Assembly: GCA_007123465.1 (NCBI GenBank)
Contig: SKLB01000228.1
Coordinates: 1 to 39,999, forward strand
From: Spirochaetales bacterium
GTDB lineage: Bacteria; Spirochaetota; Spirochaetia; DSM-27196; PWMO01
DNA: 39,999 bases
Direction: 5' to 3'
How positions within the stretch are numbered: the first letter of the stretch is position 1; every line of letters starts with the position of its first letter. Under the pieces are notes generated by a model that made no database searches, was not told the origin of the DNA, and saw only the letters and a list, made by a program, of their open reading frames with translations. Shown one piece after another: positions 8,474-17,710 of this stretch. The position numbers and the translations under genes were made by a program.

Positions 8474-10195
8474 ATGGAATCATCAGCTGCGCAGCACGCC
8501 CAACCGCCGGTACGCGTGCTGAGCGAACAGGTCGCGCGCAAGATCGCCGCCGGTGAGGTAATCGACCGGCCATACTCGGTTGTGCGGGAACTCATTGACA
8601 ACGCGCTCGATGCGCAGGCGGACTCTGTTGACATCTGGCTCGAGGATGGAGGACGCAGCCGGCTGCAGGTAGTCGACAACGGGGTTGGCATGGACGCCGC
8701 GGACGTAGAGCTGTGCTGCCGGCCCCACGCGACCAGCAAGATCGAAAACGAGACCGACCTCGAAAATGTCTCCAGCCTGGGGTTTCGCGGTGAGGCACTT
8801 TCCAGTATCGCCACGGTGGCGCGCCTGGAGATCAGAAGCAGCCGGACTGCTGCCGAGCCCGGACGGCAGCTGGTGGTACACGGCGGTGAAGTCATCAGCC
8901 TGGAGCCGTGCCAGCCACTAAGCGGAACATCGGTCACCGTGGAGGACCTGTTCTATTCTCTACCGGGGCGGCGCAAGTTCTTGAAGCGAGCGTCCGCTGA
9001 AACTACCATGTGCCGCAACGTTCTGATAGACAAGGCGCTAGCCTTCCCGGAAGTTGCATTCCGGCTATTCGTCGACGGAGAGCTCAAGCTGTTTCTGCCA
9101 CCGCAGGAGAGTGAGCAGCGCGTGCTCTCGTGCTATCCGGAGATCGGCGACCGCAAACTACTGTCTACCGTCAAAGGCAGCGACGACGGTTTCTCCATCG
9201 AGGCCGTAACCACCGGCAGCTCGATGCTGCGCCGCGACCGCAAGCTGATGCAGGTATTTGTCAACCGGCGGCGCGTCTGGGAGTACGCTCTGGTACAGGC
9301 AATGCAGTACGCCTTCGAAGCGGTGGCCCCCGGAGGCAGCTATCCGATCTGTTTTCTGTTTGTGCGCTGTGAGCCGCGGTTGGTTGACTTCAACATTCAC
9401 CCGGCAAAACGCGAGGTGCGTTTTCGCAATCTGGCCCAGATTCACCGCCGCAGCGTGGAGACTCTTTCGGGGTTTCTGCGCGCCGCAATCATCCAGCAGA
9501 GCGGACCGGCGCAGCGCAGCCGGGAGGTGCCACCTCAGACGCCGTATCTCGCGGAGCATTTGTTCAGCGGTAACCGCGTAGCAGAGCCTGCGCCATTGTT
9601 CAACGATACCGAAGCACACCAGAGCTCATTTTCCAGCGCCGGCGCCGGCGGCGCTGCCGACCACTTCCGCTACGTAGGGCAACTCTTCGACCTGTTTCTG
9701 CTGGCAAGTCGGAAAGATAGCCTCTACATCGTGGACCAACACGCCGGCCATGAGCGAATTCTCTACGACCGCTTCCGCAGCGACCGCAGCCGCCAGGAGT
9801 TACTCGTGCCGCTGGTTATGGAGGTAAGCGACGAAGAGGAGCAGGTGTTGCTGACGCGGCTTGAGCAGATCGCCGACCTGGGGGTGAGACTGGAACGTTC
9901 GGGGCCCGGCCAATGGAGCGTAACCGCTGCCGCAACGGCCTTTCTTGAGCACCAGGAGGAGGTGGTCGAGACGATTCGGGAAATTGCACGCCACCCCCAG
10001 GAGATCAGCCACCGGTTCTACGCGCAGATGGCGTGTAAGGCTGCGGTCAAACAGGGCAACGCCCTCGATCCGCAGGCTGCTACTGACCTGCTGCGGCAGA
10101 TCTTTGCCCTTCCCGAACCGCGCTGCCCCCACGGCCGCCCGCTGTGGGCCGAGCTTTCGCGCGAGCAGCTCTACTCACTGGTTGGCCGCACCTGA
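8474..10195 (+). CDS. mutL: DNA mismatch repair protein MutL (endonuclease-type)
   Basis: GHKL ATPase motifs IAAGEVIDRP, ELIDNALDA, DNGVGM. C-terminal endonuclease motif DQHAGHERILYD, ACKAAVK and CPHGRP. GGGAGGA RBS. Confidence 0.95.
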   Translation: MESSAAQHAQPPVRVLSEQVARKIAAGEVIDRPYSVVRELIDNALDAQADSVDIWLEDGGRSRLQVVDNGVGMDAADVELCCRPHATSKIENETDLENVSSLGFRGEALSSIATVARLEIRSSRTAAEPGRQLVVHGGEVISLEPCQPLSGTSVTVEDLFYSLPGRRKFLKRASAETTMCRNVLIDKALAFPEVAFRLFVDGELKLFLPPQESEQRVLSCYPEIGDRKLLSTVKGSDDGFSIEAVTTGSSMLRRDRKLMQVFVNRRRVWEYALVQAMQYAFEAVAPGGSYPICFLFVRCEPRLVDFNIHPAKREVRFRNLAQIHRRSVETLSGFLRAAIIQQSGPAQRSREVPPQTPYLAEHLFSGNRVAEPAPLFNDTEAHQSSFSSAGAGGAADHFRYVGQLFDLFLLASRKDSLYIVDQHAGHERILYDRFRSDRSRQELLVPLVMEVSDEEEQVLLTRLEQIADLGVRLERSGPGQWSVTAAATAFLEHQEEVVETIREIARHPQEISHRFYAQMACKAAVKQGNALDPQAATDLLRQIFALPEPRCPHGRPLWAELSREQLYSLVGRT

Positions 10196-10216
10196 GATAC
10201 GCCGGCGCAGCTCAGG
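10191..10216. terminator. Weak inverted repeat spanning both stop codons of convergent mutL and trxB (possible bidirectional terminator)
   Basis: CCTGAG (10191-10196) and CTCAGG (10211-10216) with a 14-nt loop. The stem is only 6 bp. Confidence 0.2.
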
Positions 10217-11162
10217 TGTTGAGAAACTCTTCGGCTTCCAGCGCAGCCATGCAGCCGCTGCCTGCAGCGGTAACCGCCTGGCGATAGCGCTTGTCCTGCA
10301 CGTCTCCGGCGGCAAAAACGCCCGCAACGCTGGTCGCCGTAGACTTACCTTCTGTAATCACGTATCCGGTCTCGTCGGTCATCAGCTGGCCTGCGAGAAA
10401 GCCCGTGTTGGGAAGGTGTCCGATTGCGTAAAAGAGTCCCTTTGCTTCCAGCGTTTCTTCCTCGCCGGTCTGGTTGTTCTTGATTCTGACGGCGTTCATC
10501 GCCTTATCGTCGCCAAGCACCTCTACCGCGTTGGTGTTCCAGCGAATCTCGATCTTCGCGTTATCGAACACGCGCTTCTGCATTGTCTTGGAAGCGCGCA
10601 GCTCATCGCGCCGTACCAGCATGGTAACGCGGCTGCCAAATTTGGTCAGGAAGGCGGCTTCCTCGCAGGCACTGTCGCCACCCCCAATTACCACCAGCGG
10701 CTGGTTACGGAAGATCGGCAACGCTCCGTCACAGACCGCACACGCCGACATACCGCGCTGCCAGTAGGTCTCTTCGCCGTCCAGTCCCAGGCGCTTGGCG
10801 GTTGCACCGGTGGCAATAATCAGCGCCTGAGCGCGATACTCGCTCCCGCCTTCGGTTGTGACTACAAAGGGATGCTGGGCGAGCGCTACCGAGGCAATGG
10901 TCTCGGTCTTGATGCTGCAGCCGTAGTTCAGCGACTGCTGCCGCATGCGATCCATCAGTTCCGGGCCGCCGATTCCATCGGCGAAGCCGGGATAGTTCTC
11001 TACGTCGGTGGTTGTGGTCAGCTGTCCACCGGCAGCCACGCCGGCGGCCATGAAGCCTTCAAACAGAAGAGGTTTCAGCTCGGCTCGGCCGGCGTAGATA
11101 GCCGCAGTGTGAGCGGCGGGCCCCGAGCCGATGATAATCAGTTTTTCAGTTGAATCGGACAT
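10212..11162 (-). CDS. trxB: Thioredoxin-disulfide reductase
   Basis: FAD motif [12 protein letters not shown], redox-active CAVCDG, NADPH motif [11 protein letters not shown]-terminal [17 protein letters not shown]. Confidence 0.95.
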   Translation of the reverse strand: MSDSTEKLIIIGSGPAAHTAAIYAGRAELKPLLFEGFMAAGVAAGGQLTTTTDVENYPGFADGIGGPELMDRMRQQSLNYGCSIKTETIASVALAQHPFVVTTEGGSEYRAQALIIATGATAKRLGLDGEETYWQRGMSACAVCDGALPIFRNQPLVVIGGGDSACEEAAFLTKFGSRVTMLVRRDELRASKTMQKRVFDNAKIEIRWNTNAVEVLGDDKAMNAVRIKNNQTGEEETLEAKGLFYAIGHLPNTGFLAGQLMTDETGYVITEGKSTATSVAGVFAAGDVQDKRYRQAVTAAGSGCMAALEAEEFLNT

Positions 11163-11239
11163 AATACTCCTCGGTTGAACGGAAGTCGAACTTCTGCTGA
11201 AAGGTACGCAGCCGCGCCGAGTTCGTCAACCGCGGGCAG

Positions 11240-13201
11240 TTACAGTCCGGCCAGCAGAGCTTCAACCTCGGCGCGCGCGGTGTACTGCGGGTTGCGATCG
11301 AGCAGCTGGCGCAGGATGCGTCGCGCATCGTCCTGCTCTTCCCTGGCAATCAGTACCTCGCCGAGCTTCTGATACGCCGGCCAGTACGATGCATCGATCT
11401 TGATCACCTCGTTGAGCGCCGACTGCGCCTCGGAAAAGCGGCGAGAACCGATGTAGGCCAACGCCAGGTTGTAGCGCATCAGGGTATCGTTGGGACGCTG
11501 CTGGATAGCGCGCCGGTAGTGGGTGATACTGTCGTCAAACATCTCTTTGTTGAGGTAGACGTTACCGAGGTTGTTATTGACCTCGACGCTGCTGGGCTCA
11601 ACTCTGTGCGCAGCCAGCAGGAAATCGAGCGCCTGATCGTGCATCTGCTGCTCGTCCAGAATGCGTCCCAACTCCACCATCGCACGCACGTACTCGCGGT
11701 TGCGCGAAATCGCCGCCGTATGCGCCTGCATCGCTTGGGTGACGTTGCCGCGCTGCTCCTGGATCTGTCCCAGAGTGTAGTAATACTCGGCTCGCTCCGA
11801 GTTCAGCTCTATAGCACGCTGGATGTTGCGGTAGGCCTGATCGGTCTTACCGAGGTCGAAGCGTACCAGCGCCAGATTATAATTGTTGGTGGCGTTGCTG
11901 GGCTGCAGCTCGTCGGCGCGTGCAAAGTGGCGCTCGGCGTCCTCGAAGCGCTCCTGACGGAAGAAGGCAGTTGCCAGTCGCGAATGGTACACCGCGGTGG
12001 TCGGATCGAGTTCAACCGCCTTCTGCAGTGGCGCGATAGCACGCGCGATCTCACCCTGATCAACCTGAATACTGCCGATACGATAGTGTGCGCGCGCGTC
12101 CTGAGGGTGCGTCTGCGCGGCAAACCGGAACGCCTCGAGAGCCCGGGTGTTGTCGCCCAGCTGCAGGTTGGTAATACCGAGATTATGATAGGCGTTCTCG
12201 TAGTAGGGGTCCAGGCGTACCGCGGCCTCGTAGGACTGACGCGCGTCGCGGAACTGCCGCGCGCGAAACTGCGCGTTACCGAGGGCAAAGAACACCGAAG
12301 CATCATCGGGATTGAGTCGCGCCGCGGAGCGAAAACTGCTGATCGCATCGTCAAACAGCTCGGTGTCGTGGTAGATTCTCCCCAGCGTGAAATGTGGTTC
12401 CCACAGTTCCCGGTCGCGTTGGATAGCGCGGTTGGCGTACTGTATCGCCTGGCGACGGCTGCCGGCATCACCGGGGTTCTGCTCGTAGAGCGCCCGGGCG
12501 GTGCGGGCCAGCGCCTTTGCGTGGTAGCGATCGGCAGCCGTATTATCCTGCAGATCGATCTCGAGCACCTCGCCGAAGGCACTGCGTGCCTCATTGAAGT
12601 TACGCCGCTGCAGAAAATCGTCACCTTCGCTGAGAAGCCTCTGAATCCGCTGTTCGCGTTCGCGTTCCTCGGCCGACAGACGCGCAAGCCGCTCTTCCTC
12701 GGCCTTACGGCGCGCCTCTTCTTCGGCCTGACGCCGCTGTTCATCGGCGCGCCGCTGCTGCTCCAGCTGCTGCGTTATTCGCTGCTCGGCCTCGCGCGCG
12801 CGCCGCTCGGCTTCGGCCTGCTGCGCCTGCAGCTCGCGCAACCGCGAGTCATCGGGCCGCGCAGCCAGTTCCTCTTCGAGCTGGCGCCGCCGTGCGGCTT
12901 CCTCCTCGGCAATACGCCGCTGTTCTTCGCGCCGTGCCACCAGAACCGCTTCCTTGAGCTCGTGCGCCTCTGAATCATCAGCGTCGGCAATCAGCAACTG
13001 ATCGATGATATCCAGCGCGCGCTGATACTCACCGCTGTCGTAATAGCCGCGTGCCAGCTGCAGCCGATTGGCGCGCAGCCGCTCGGCCTCACTCAATTCC
13101 GGCGCCACAGCGCCGCCACGCAGCAGAAAGAAGGCTGTTATCCCCAATGCCAACGCCAGAACTCCGCCGGCGATTATCAGTTTGCGTTTATCGTAGAACA
13201 C
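11240..13201 (-). CDS. Membrane-anchored TPR-repeat protein with an E/R/Q/A-rich helical spacer
   Basis: 653 aa. N-terminal TM LIIAGGVLALALGITAFFLL, a charged helix of about 100 aa (EEQRRIAEEEAARRRQLEEE...EEARRKAEEERLARL), then more than 10 TPR-like units (repeated A-x-x-x-Y/F...A...P patterns). Confidence 0.85.
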   Translation of the reverse strand: MFYDKRKLIIAGGVLALALGITAFFLLRGGAVAPELSEAERLRANRLQLARGYYDSGEYQRALDIIDQLLIADADDSEAHELKEAVLVARREEQRRIAEEEAARRRQLEEELAARPDDSRLRELQAQQAEAERRAREAEQRITQQLEQQRRADEQRRQAEEEARRKAEEERLARLSAEEREREQRIQRLLSEGDDFLQRRNFNEARSAFGEVLEIDLQDNTAADRYHAKALARTARALYEQNPGDAGSRRQAIQYANRAIQRDRELWEPHFTLGRIYHDTELFDDAISSFRSAARLNPDDASVFFALGNAQFRARQFRDARQSYEAAVRLDPYYENAYHNLGITNLQLGDNTRALEAFRFAAQTHPQDARAHYRIGSIQVDQGEIARAIAPLQKAVELDPTTAVYHSRLATAFFRQERFEDAERHFARADELQPSNATNNYNLALVRFDLGKTDQAYRNIQRAIELNSERAEYYYTLGQIQEQRGNVTQAMQAHTAAISRNREYVRAMVELGRILDEQQMHDQALDFLLAAHRVEPSSVEVNNNLGNVYLNKEMFDDSITHYRRAIQQRPNDTLMRYNLALAYIGSRRFSEAQSALNEVIKIDASYWPAYQKLGEVLIAREEQDDARRILRQLLDRNPQYTARAEVEALLAGL

Positions 13202-13231
13202 TCGTTAACTCTCCGGTTACTCGCGCAGTGA

Positions 13232-13999
13232 TCAGTCCGCTATATCGAACTCGTCTTCATATTCGTCGATGTCTTCGGCTCCACCGCCAAGACTGCGCGT
13301 CTCACCGCTGGAACCACCGAGCGATTCAAGTACCGAGTCCAGCAGAGCACGCCGACGCTGTTCCTCTTCCTCGCGCCGACGCTGTTCCTCGGCCCTGCGC
13401 CGCTCTTCGGCAACGCGCTGCTGCTCGGCCTCCTCGCGCGCACGCCGCTCCTGCTCCTCGATCCGTACACGCTCCTCTTCAATTATATCGCGCAGCAGCG
13501 ATATCATCCGGCGTATTTCGTCTCTTTGCGGCGTAGATGGTGCAAGCGTCAGGTAGACGGTGTAGTCGTCAACCGCACCGCTATACTGCTCGGTGCGCAC
13601 ACGCAGGTTTGCCCGATTGAGGTACGCTTCGGCCAGACTACCGTCACTGCGGATCGCCTGAGTATACATTTCACCAGCTAAATCCGGGCTGCCCGCGGCA
13701 AGGTAGTTGTTGCCCAGGTTGAAATAGATCAGTCCCCGATAAGTCCCGTCCACCTCGAGGCCCTTGCGCAGGATCTCCGCGGCACGCTCGTGACGTCCAA
13801 GTTGCTCGTAGACTATACCGAGATAGAGGTAGATGCGTTCATTCCGTGGCTGCTGCTCGAGCGCCGCTTCCAGAACCGCGGCAGCCTCTTCGGGTCTGTT
13901 CTGCATGTAGAGTTCTTCACCACGCTTCAGAAGCGGCGAGGCAGAAACCGTTGCGGACACGATCAGCAGCAAAATAGCGCCACAGGCGTATCGCCGCAT
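13232..13999 (-). CDS. Secreted or membrane-anchored TPR protein with C-terminal E/R-rich helix and acidic tail (ORF-track start 14059 is the alternative)
   Basis: Starting at ATG 13999 gives a signal-like MRRYACGAILLLIVSATVSA. There are 3-4 TPR units, then EEERVRIEEQERRAREEAEQQRVAEERRRAEEQRRREEEEQRRR and the tail EDIDEYEDEFDIAD. Confidence 0.75.
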   Translation of the reverse strand: MRRYACGAILLLIVSATVSASPLLKRGEELYMQNRPEEAAAVLEAALEQQPRNERIYLYLGIVYEQLGRHERAAEILRKGLEVDGTYRGLIYFNLGNNYLAAGSPDLAGEMYTQAIRSDGSLAEAYLNRANLRVRTEQYSGAVDDYTVYLTLAPSTPQRDEIRRMISLLRDIIEEERVRIEEQERRAREEAEQQRVAEERRRAEEQRRREEEEQRRRALLDSVLESLGGSSGETRSLGGGAEDIDEYEDEFDIAD

Positions 14000-14019
14000 C
14001 CGCCGGCAGGGGTGCCGGT

Positions 14020-14048
14020 TTGACAGTAGTCTGGAAACCTCGTATTGT
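14020..14048 (+). promoter_or_regulatory. Sigma-70-like promoter TTGACA-N17-TATTGT for the TM-TPR/MPE/ParB-like operon
   Basis: TTGACA at 14020-14025 and TATTGT at 14043-14048. A 6-bp inverted repeat CCGGCA-GGGG-TGCCGG (14003-14018) lies just upstream. Confidence 0.35.
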
Positions 14049-14089
14049 TGTTCTGGCATGTTCTACTCTCTTACACCAACGGTGCTGCC

Positions 14090-15445
14090 ATGGGCATAGT
14101 AGTCCTTATTATGATCCTCGGTGCGGCCGTGGGTTTGATTACCTTTTTTGTAGTCAGGTCCATCCTGGCTCCGAAGAAAGTAGCCGCCCTGCAAAACCTG
14201 ATCAAACAGGGAAAGACCACCCAGGCAATCCGGATTGCCAAAGCTATACTATCCAGGGACCCGCGCGACTCCGATGCCCACTATCTGTTGGGGCTGGCCT
14301 ACCAGGCCGAAAACAAAGCCGAACTGGCTCTGATGGAGTTCAAGTCTGTCAATGATATCGGCCAGTTCGATGGCGTTGTAAATGAAATACCCTTCAGAGA
14401 GAAGATAGCAGATCTTTACGCGAAATTCAATCAACCCGAAGAAGCGCTCAAGGAATACCTGGTTCTGATCCGCAAAGATCCACACAACGCCGAGTACTAC
14501 TATCGTGCCGGCCGGCTCTTTGAAGATCGCAACCGCTCGGAGAAAGCCGCGGCGCTCTACAAGAAGGCCGTTGAGCTGGATTCACGCCACTCACAGGCGT
14601 ACTCCGGCCTCGGATCGCTGCTGTTCCGCGCCAAGCGCCACGCAGAGGCCAAGGGCTACCTCGACTCTGCGGTACGGCTGGACGCAGAGAACTACCGCGC
14701 CTGGTTCTACATAGGCAAGATCCACAAGGAGTTCAAGGACCATACCGCCGCGATGTCGGCGTTTGAAAAGGCTTCCAAAGACCCCGAGCTCAAACTCAAA
14801 GCGCTGGTTGAACGCGGCAGTTCATTACTGGCGCTGGGAGACTACGATCGCGCCGGCGCGGAACTGGAGCGCGCGATCAAGCACTCCGAGAATGACTCGG
14901 CGCCCGAGACACTGTTTGCGCGCTATTTTCTGGCCGTTGCTTACGAGAAGACCCGCCGTATTGAGCCGGCGATCGAACAATGGGAGAAGGTCTACCAGAA
15001 GAAGCCCGGGTTTCGCGATGTGGCCGAAAAGCTCAGCCAGTACCAGGAAATGCGCCACGATGACCGCATCAAGGATTACCTCACCAGCAGTGCCGCGGAG
15101 TTCTGCGAGATCTGCCGTAAGCTCACCGCGGCAATGGGGCTTACCGCACGCGACGTATCCAATATGGACAACGGTTGCGAGATCGTGGCTATGGAGCCGC
15201 AGTCAAAATGGCGCAATACCCGCAACCTTCCGATTCTGATCCGCTTCCTGCGCGGAACCGAGGTTATCGACGAAGGCACGGTCCGCGTACTGCACGAGGA
15301 GATGAAAAAGCAGTCGGTCAACCGTGGCGCGCTGGTGTGCAGTTCCACGTTCTCGCGTACCGCGCAAGGATTCGCTGAGTCCCGTCCTATTGATCTGCAC
15401 AATAAGGACAGACTGCAGGAGTTTCTGGCGCACATTGAACTGTGA
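14090..15445 (+). CDS. TM-anchored TPR protein with C-terminal Mrr-type restriction-endonuclease-fold domain (catalytic Lys apparently lost)
   Basis: MGIVVLIMILGAAVGLITFFVV TM helix, about 7 TPR units, then FCEICRKLTAAMGL...DNGCEIVA...ILIRFLRG...GALVCSSTFSRTAQGFAES...DLHNKDRLQEFL. This aligns by eye with Mrr_cat (FE.LV..LL.AMGY...DGGIDG...QAKR...G.F.TTS.FS..A..YA). The TTG start at 14045 falls inside the predicted -10 box, so ATG 14090 is preferred. Confidence 0.7.
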   Translation: MGIVVLIMILGAAVGLITFFVVRSILAPKKVAALQNLIKQGKTTQAIRIAKAILSRDPRDSDAHYLLGLAYQAENKAELALMEFKSVNDIGQFDGVVNEIPFREKIADLYAKFNQPEEALKEYLVLIRKDPHNAEYYYRAGRLFEDRNRSEKAAALYKKAVELDSRHSQAYSGLGSLLFRAKRHAEAKGYLDSAVRLDAENYRAWFYIGKIHKEFKDHTAAMSAFEKASKDPELKLKALVERGSSLLALGDYDRAGAELERAIKHSENDSAPETLFARYFLAVAYEKTRRIEPAIEQWEKVYQKKPGFRDVAEKLSQYQEMRHDDRIKDYLTSSAAEFCEICRKLTAAMGLTARDVSNMDNGCEIVAMEPQSKWRNTRNLPILIRFLRGTEVIDEGTVRVLHEEMKKQSVNRGALVCSSTFSRTAQGFAESRPIDLHNKDRLQEFLAHIEL

Positions 15446-15457
15446 GCCTGCACTGAG

Positions 15458-16156
15458 ATGAAGATCCTGTGCGTTTCAGATCACGTAGATCCGCTGGTCT
15501 ATAGCGCCAACGTTCGCGAACACTTCAGCGACGTTGACCTGGTCCTCAGCGCCGGCGACCTGCCGATGAACTACCTCGGTTTCCTTGCCAGCAGCTTCAA
15601 TACTCCGGTCCTGTTTGTGTTCGGCAATCACAACCTGTCGCACCTGGAGAACTTCCGCGGTCAATCCGCCCATGTAAGCGATATCGGGGATATCGACTTC
15701 CGCATAGCCAACACCTTTGGATCAACCCACGTTCACCGCAGAGTAGTGCGGACAAAGGGCATGCTGATTGCGGGCCTCGGCGGCAGTCTGCGCTATAATG
15801 CGGGAAAAAATCAGTTCAGCGAGCACGAGATGTACCGCCAGATTCTCGCTATGGTGCCGCGCCTGCTGTGGAACCGCCTGATTCATGGGCGCTACCTGGA
15901 CATCCTGCTGACGCACGCCTCACCATACGGTGTTCACGATAAGCCGGACCGCTGCCATACTGGTTTCCAGGCGTTCCGCTGGTTCATCAGGCGCTTCCAG
16001 CCGCGCTACCTGCTGCACGGGCACGTGCATCTGTACGATCTGAACGCCAGGCGCGTCACAGTGGTAGACGGCACCACGGTAATAAACGTCTACAGCCACT
16101 TTATTCTGGACACCGCCAACCCGCCACAGGAGCCAAGCAATGAGCAGTATCGTTGA
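15458..16156 (+). CDS. Calcineurin-like metallophosphoesterase
   Basis: Complete MPE motif set: SDHVD (DxH), AGDL (GD), FGNHN (GNHD/E), THASP (H), HGHVH (GHxH). Confidence 0.85.
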   Translation: MKILCVSDHVDPLVYSANVREHFSDVDLVLSAGDLPMNYLGFLASSFNTPVLFVFGNHNLSHLENFRGQSAHVSDIGDIDFRIANTFGSTHVHRRVVRTKGMLIAGLGGSLRYNAGKNQFSEHEMYRQILAMVPRLLWNRLIHGRYLDILLTHASPYGVHDKPDRCHTGFQAFRWFIRRFQPRYLLHGHVHLYDLNARRVTVVDGTTVINVYSHFILDTANPPQEPSNEQYR

Positions 16157-17072
16157 CCACGAAGCTCGCGAGGATTTCAACCGGGCGCGCCTGCACGAGA
16201 TCCTGCACCGCATCATGAACGCACTCTCGGCGCAGAATCAGGAACTGCTGTCACTGAACGAAGTCAAGCAGGTGCTCCGTCCGCGCGGCGAGACCTACCG
16301 CGGCATGCAGACTGTCGAAATATCTCAGATAGTCGGCAGCGAAGGACGCTACCGCGATTTCAGCAAGAGCTTTCTACCGCGCCACGACTACCTCAAACAC
16401 CGCTGGGTCAGTATCGACAAGGCCCACCTGCAGGACGTCATCCTGCCACCGGTGCGCCTCTACGAAATCGGCGGACTCTACTTTGTACGCGACGGAAACC
16501 ACCGCGTATCGGTAGCCAAGGCGCAGGGCGTTGGAGCCGTCGACGCCGAGGTCACATCGCTTTCATCGGCAATCACGCTGGATCCGCGTATGTCGCGCGA
16601 AGAGCTCACCCGCGCTGTCATCGCCTACGAGAAGTCGAAGTTCTACGAGCAGACACGCTTCGCGCGGTTGGTCCCCGACTACAACCTCGTCTTCACTGCA
16701 ACCGGCCGTTACGACGAAGTGCTGCAGCATATCCACGGTCACAAGTACTTTATCAACCAGGGTATCAGCGAGGAGATCCCGTTCGACAAGGCGCTGGTGT
16801 CGTGGTATCTCAATGTATTCCGGCCGGTAGTCGATACAATCGAGGCCGAACGAATCATGACTCGGTTTCCCGGCCGCACCCACGCTGATCTATACATGTG
16901 GATTGTGAAGCGCTGGCATCTTCTAAAAGACCGGTTTGGGGCCGATTATCCGGTAAGCGAAGTCACACGACAGATTTCGATGCGCTACGGCAAGACGCTG
17001 TGGCAACGTATCCGCTCATTCTTCGGCAAAGACAACCGTCAGCGTCGAATGGGTCCGGTTAACGAACCGTAG
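16140..17072 (+). CDS. ParB/sulfiredoxin-like N-terminal domain protein with uncharacterised C-terminal domain (DUF4032-like, from memory)
   Basis: LYEIGGLYFVRDGNHRVSVAKAQG matches the ParB-N DGHHR core. AGGAG RBS. Overlaps the phosphoesterase gene by 17 nt. Confidence 0.6.
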   Translation: MSSIVDHEAREDFNRARLHEILHRIMNALSAQNQELLSLNEVKQVLRPRGETYRGMQTVEISQIVGSEGRYRDFSKSFLPRHDYLKHRWVSIDKAHLQDVILPPVRLYEIGGLYFVRDGNHRVSVAKAQGVGAVDAEVTSLSSAITLDPRMSREELTRAVIAYEKSKFYEQTRFARLVPDYNLVFTATGRYDEVLQHIHGHKYFINQGISEEIPFDKALVSWYLNVFRPVVDTIEAERIMTRFPGRTHADLYMWIVKRWHLLKDRFGADYPVSEVTRQISMRYGKTLWQRIRSFFGKDNRQRRMGPVNEP

Positions 17073-17710
17073 TACGACCCCAGCGGCACGTAGAGGTAGC
17101 TTCTGCCGGCGGAGTTGCTATGAACCAGCCCGTCGAGCGGGTACCGTCCGCCCGCCAGCGTTCGCTCAAGCGTCACAGAGGTCTCGCCGGAATCGTCATC
17201 ATGGGACACAACCAGCAGAGAAGCACCGGCCTCGGGCACTGTGATGCTCTGCTCGTCCGGGGCAAGCTGCGGCAGCTGATCGTGCACGCTGGATAGCAGC
17301 GGCGCATCGATCGACACGCTGCGCTCATCGTGTTCCCCGGCGCGGTCAATCACCACGGTGCGGTACTGCCCGCGCGGCAATTCGCCCCAGTCGGCCATGC
17401 TGAGACCGGAAAACCCGACCCAGTTCTCGCCCGTAACACGACGATGCGTCCAGCTCTGCGCGTCAAAGCGCCAGTAGAGTTCAGCCTCATCGTGAATCAG
17501 GTAGAACTCGCTTATGTCGCCAAAACCGTCCTCGTCGCGCACCAGCGCAAACAGCGTCAGCTGCTCGTAGCGCCGGTTGAGATCCAGATCGTCGACGTAC
17601 TCCAAACTGACCTCAACGCTGACGATCTGCGGCGGTGCGCCGGTACACGCACTGAGCAGGGCGCTGACCGCGGCGGCAACCAGCAGCGGGGCTGCCAGCC
17701 GGCCACTCAT
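17039..17710 (-). CDS. Hypothetical lipoprotein
   Basis: MSGRLAAPLLVAAAVSALLSAC has a lipobox LSAC. The start ATG shares one base with the upstream stop (TGATG). The ORF-track start at 17830 is an extension into the upstream gene. The 3' end overlaps the convergent ParB-like gene by 34 nt. Confidence 0.6.
   Translation of the reverse strand: MSGRLAAPLLVAAAVSALLSACTGAPPQIVSVEVSLEYVDDLDLNRRYEQLTLFALVRDEDGFGDISEFYLIHDEAELYWRFDAQSWTHRRVTGENWVGFSGLSMADWGELPRGQYRTVVIDRAGEHDERSVSIDAPLLSSVHDQLPQLAPDEQSITVPEAGASLLVVSHDDDSGETSVTLERTLAGGRYPLDGLVHSNSAGRSYLYVPLGSYYGSLTGPIRR

Noticed and set aside
9945-11153. 402-aa + strand ORF
   Set aside because: It lies entirely antisense to trxB, whose motifs ([16 protein letters not shown]) are unmistakable. 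Its R/A/G-rich composition is typical of shadow ORFs in high-GC DNA.
11519-12973. 484-aa + strand ORF, plus the 311-aa alternative-frame ORF at 11809-12744
   Set aside because: One is antisense and the other out of frame to the 653-aa TPR gene, which has coherent TPR periodicity. These translations are low-complexity L/V/R or R/S/P-rich.
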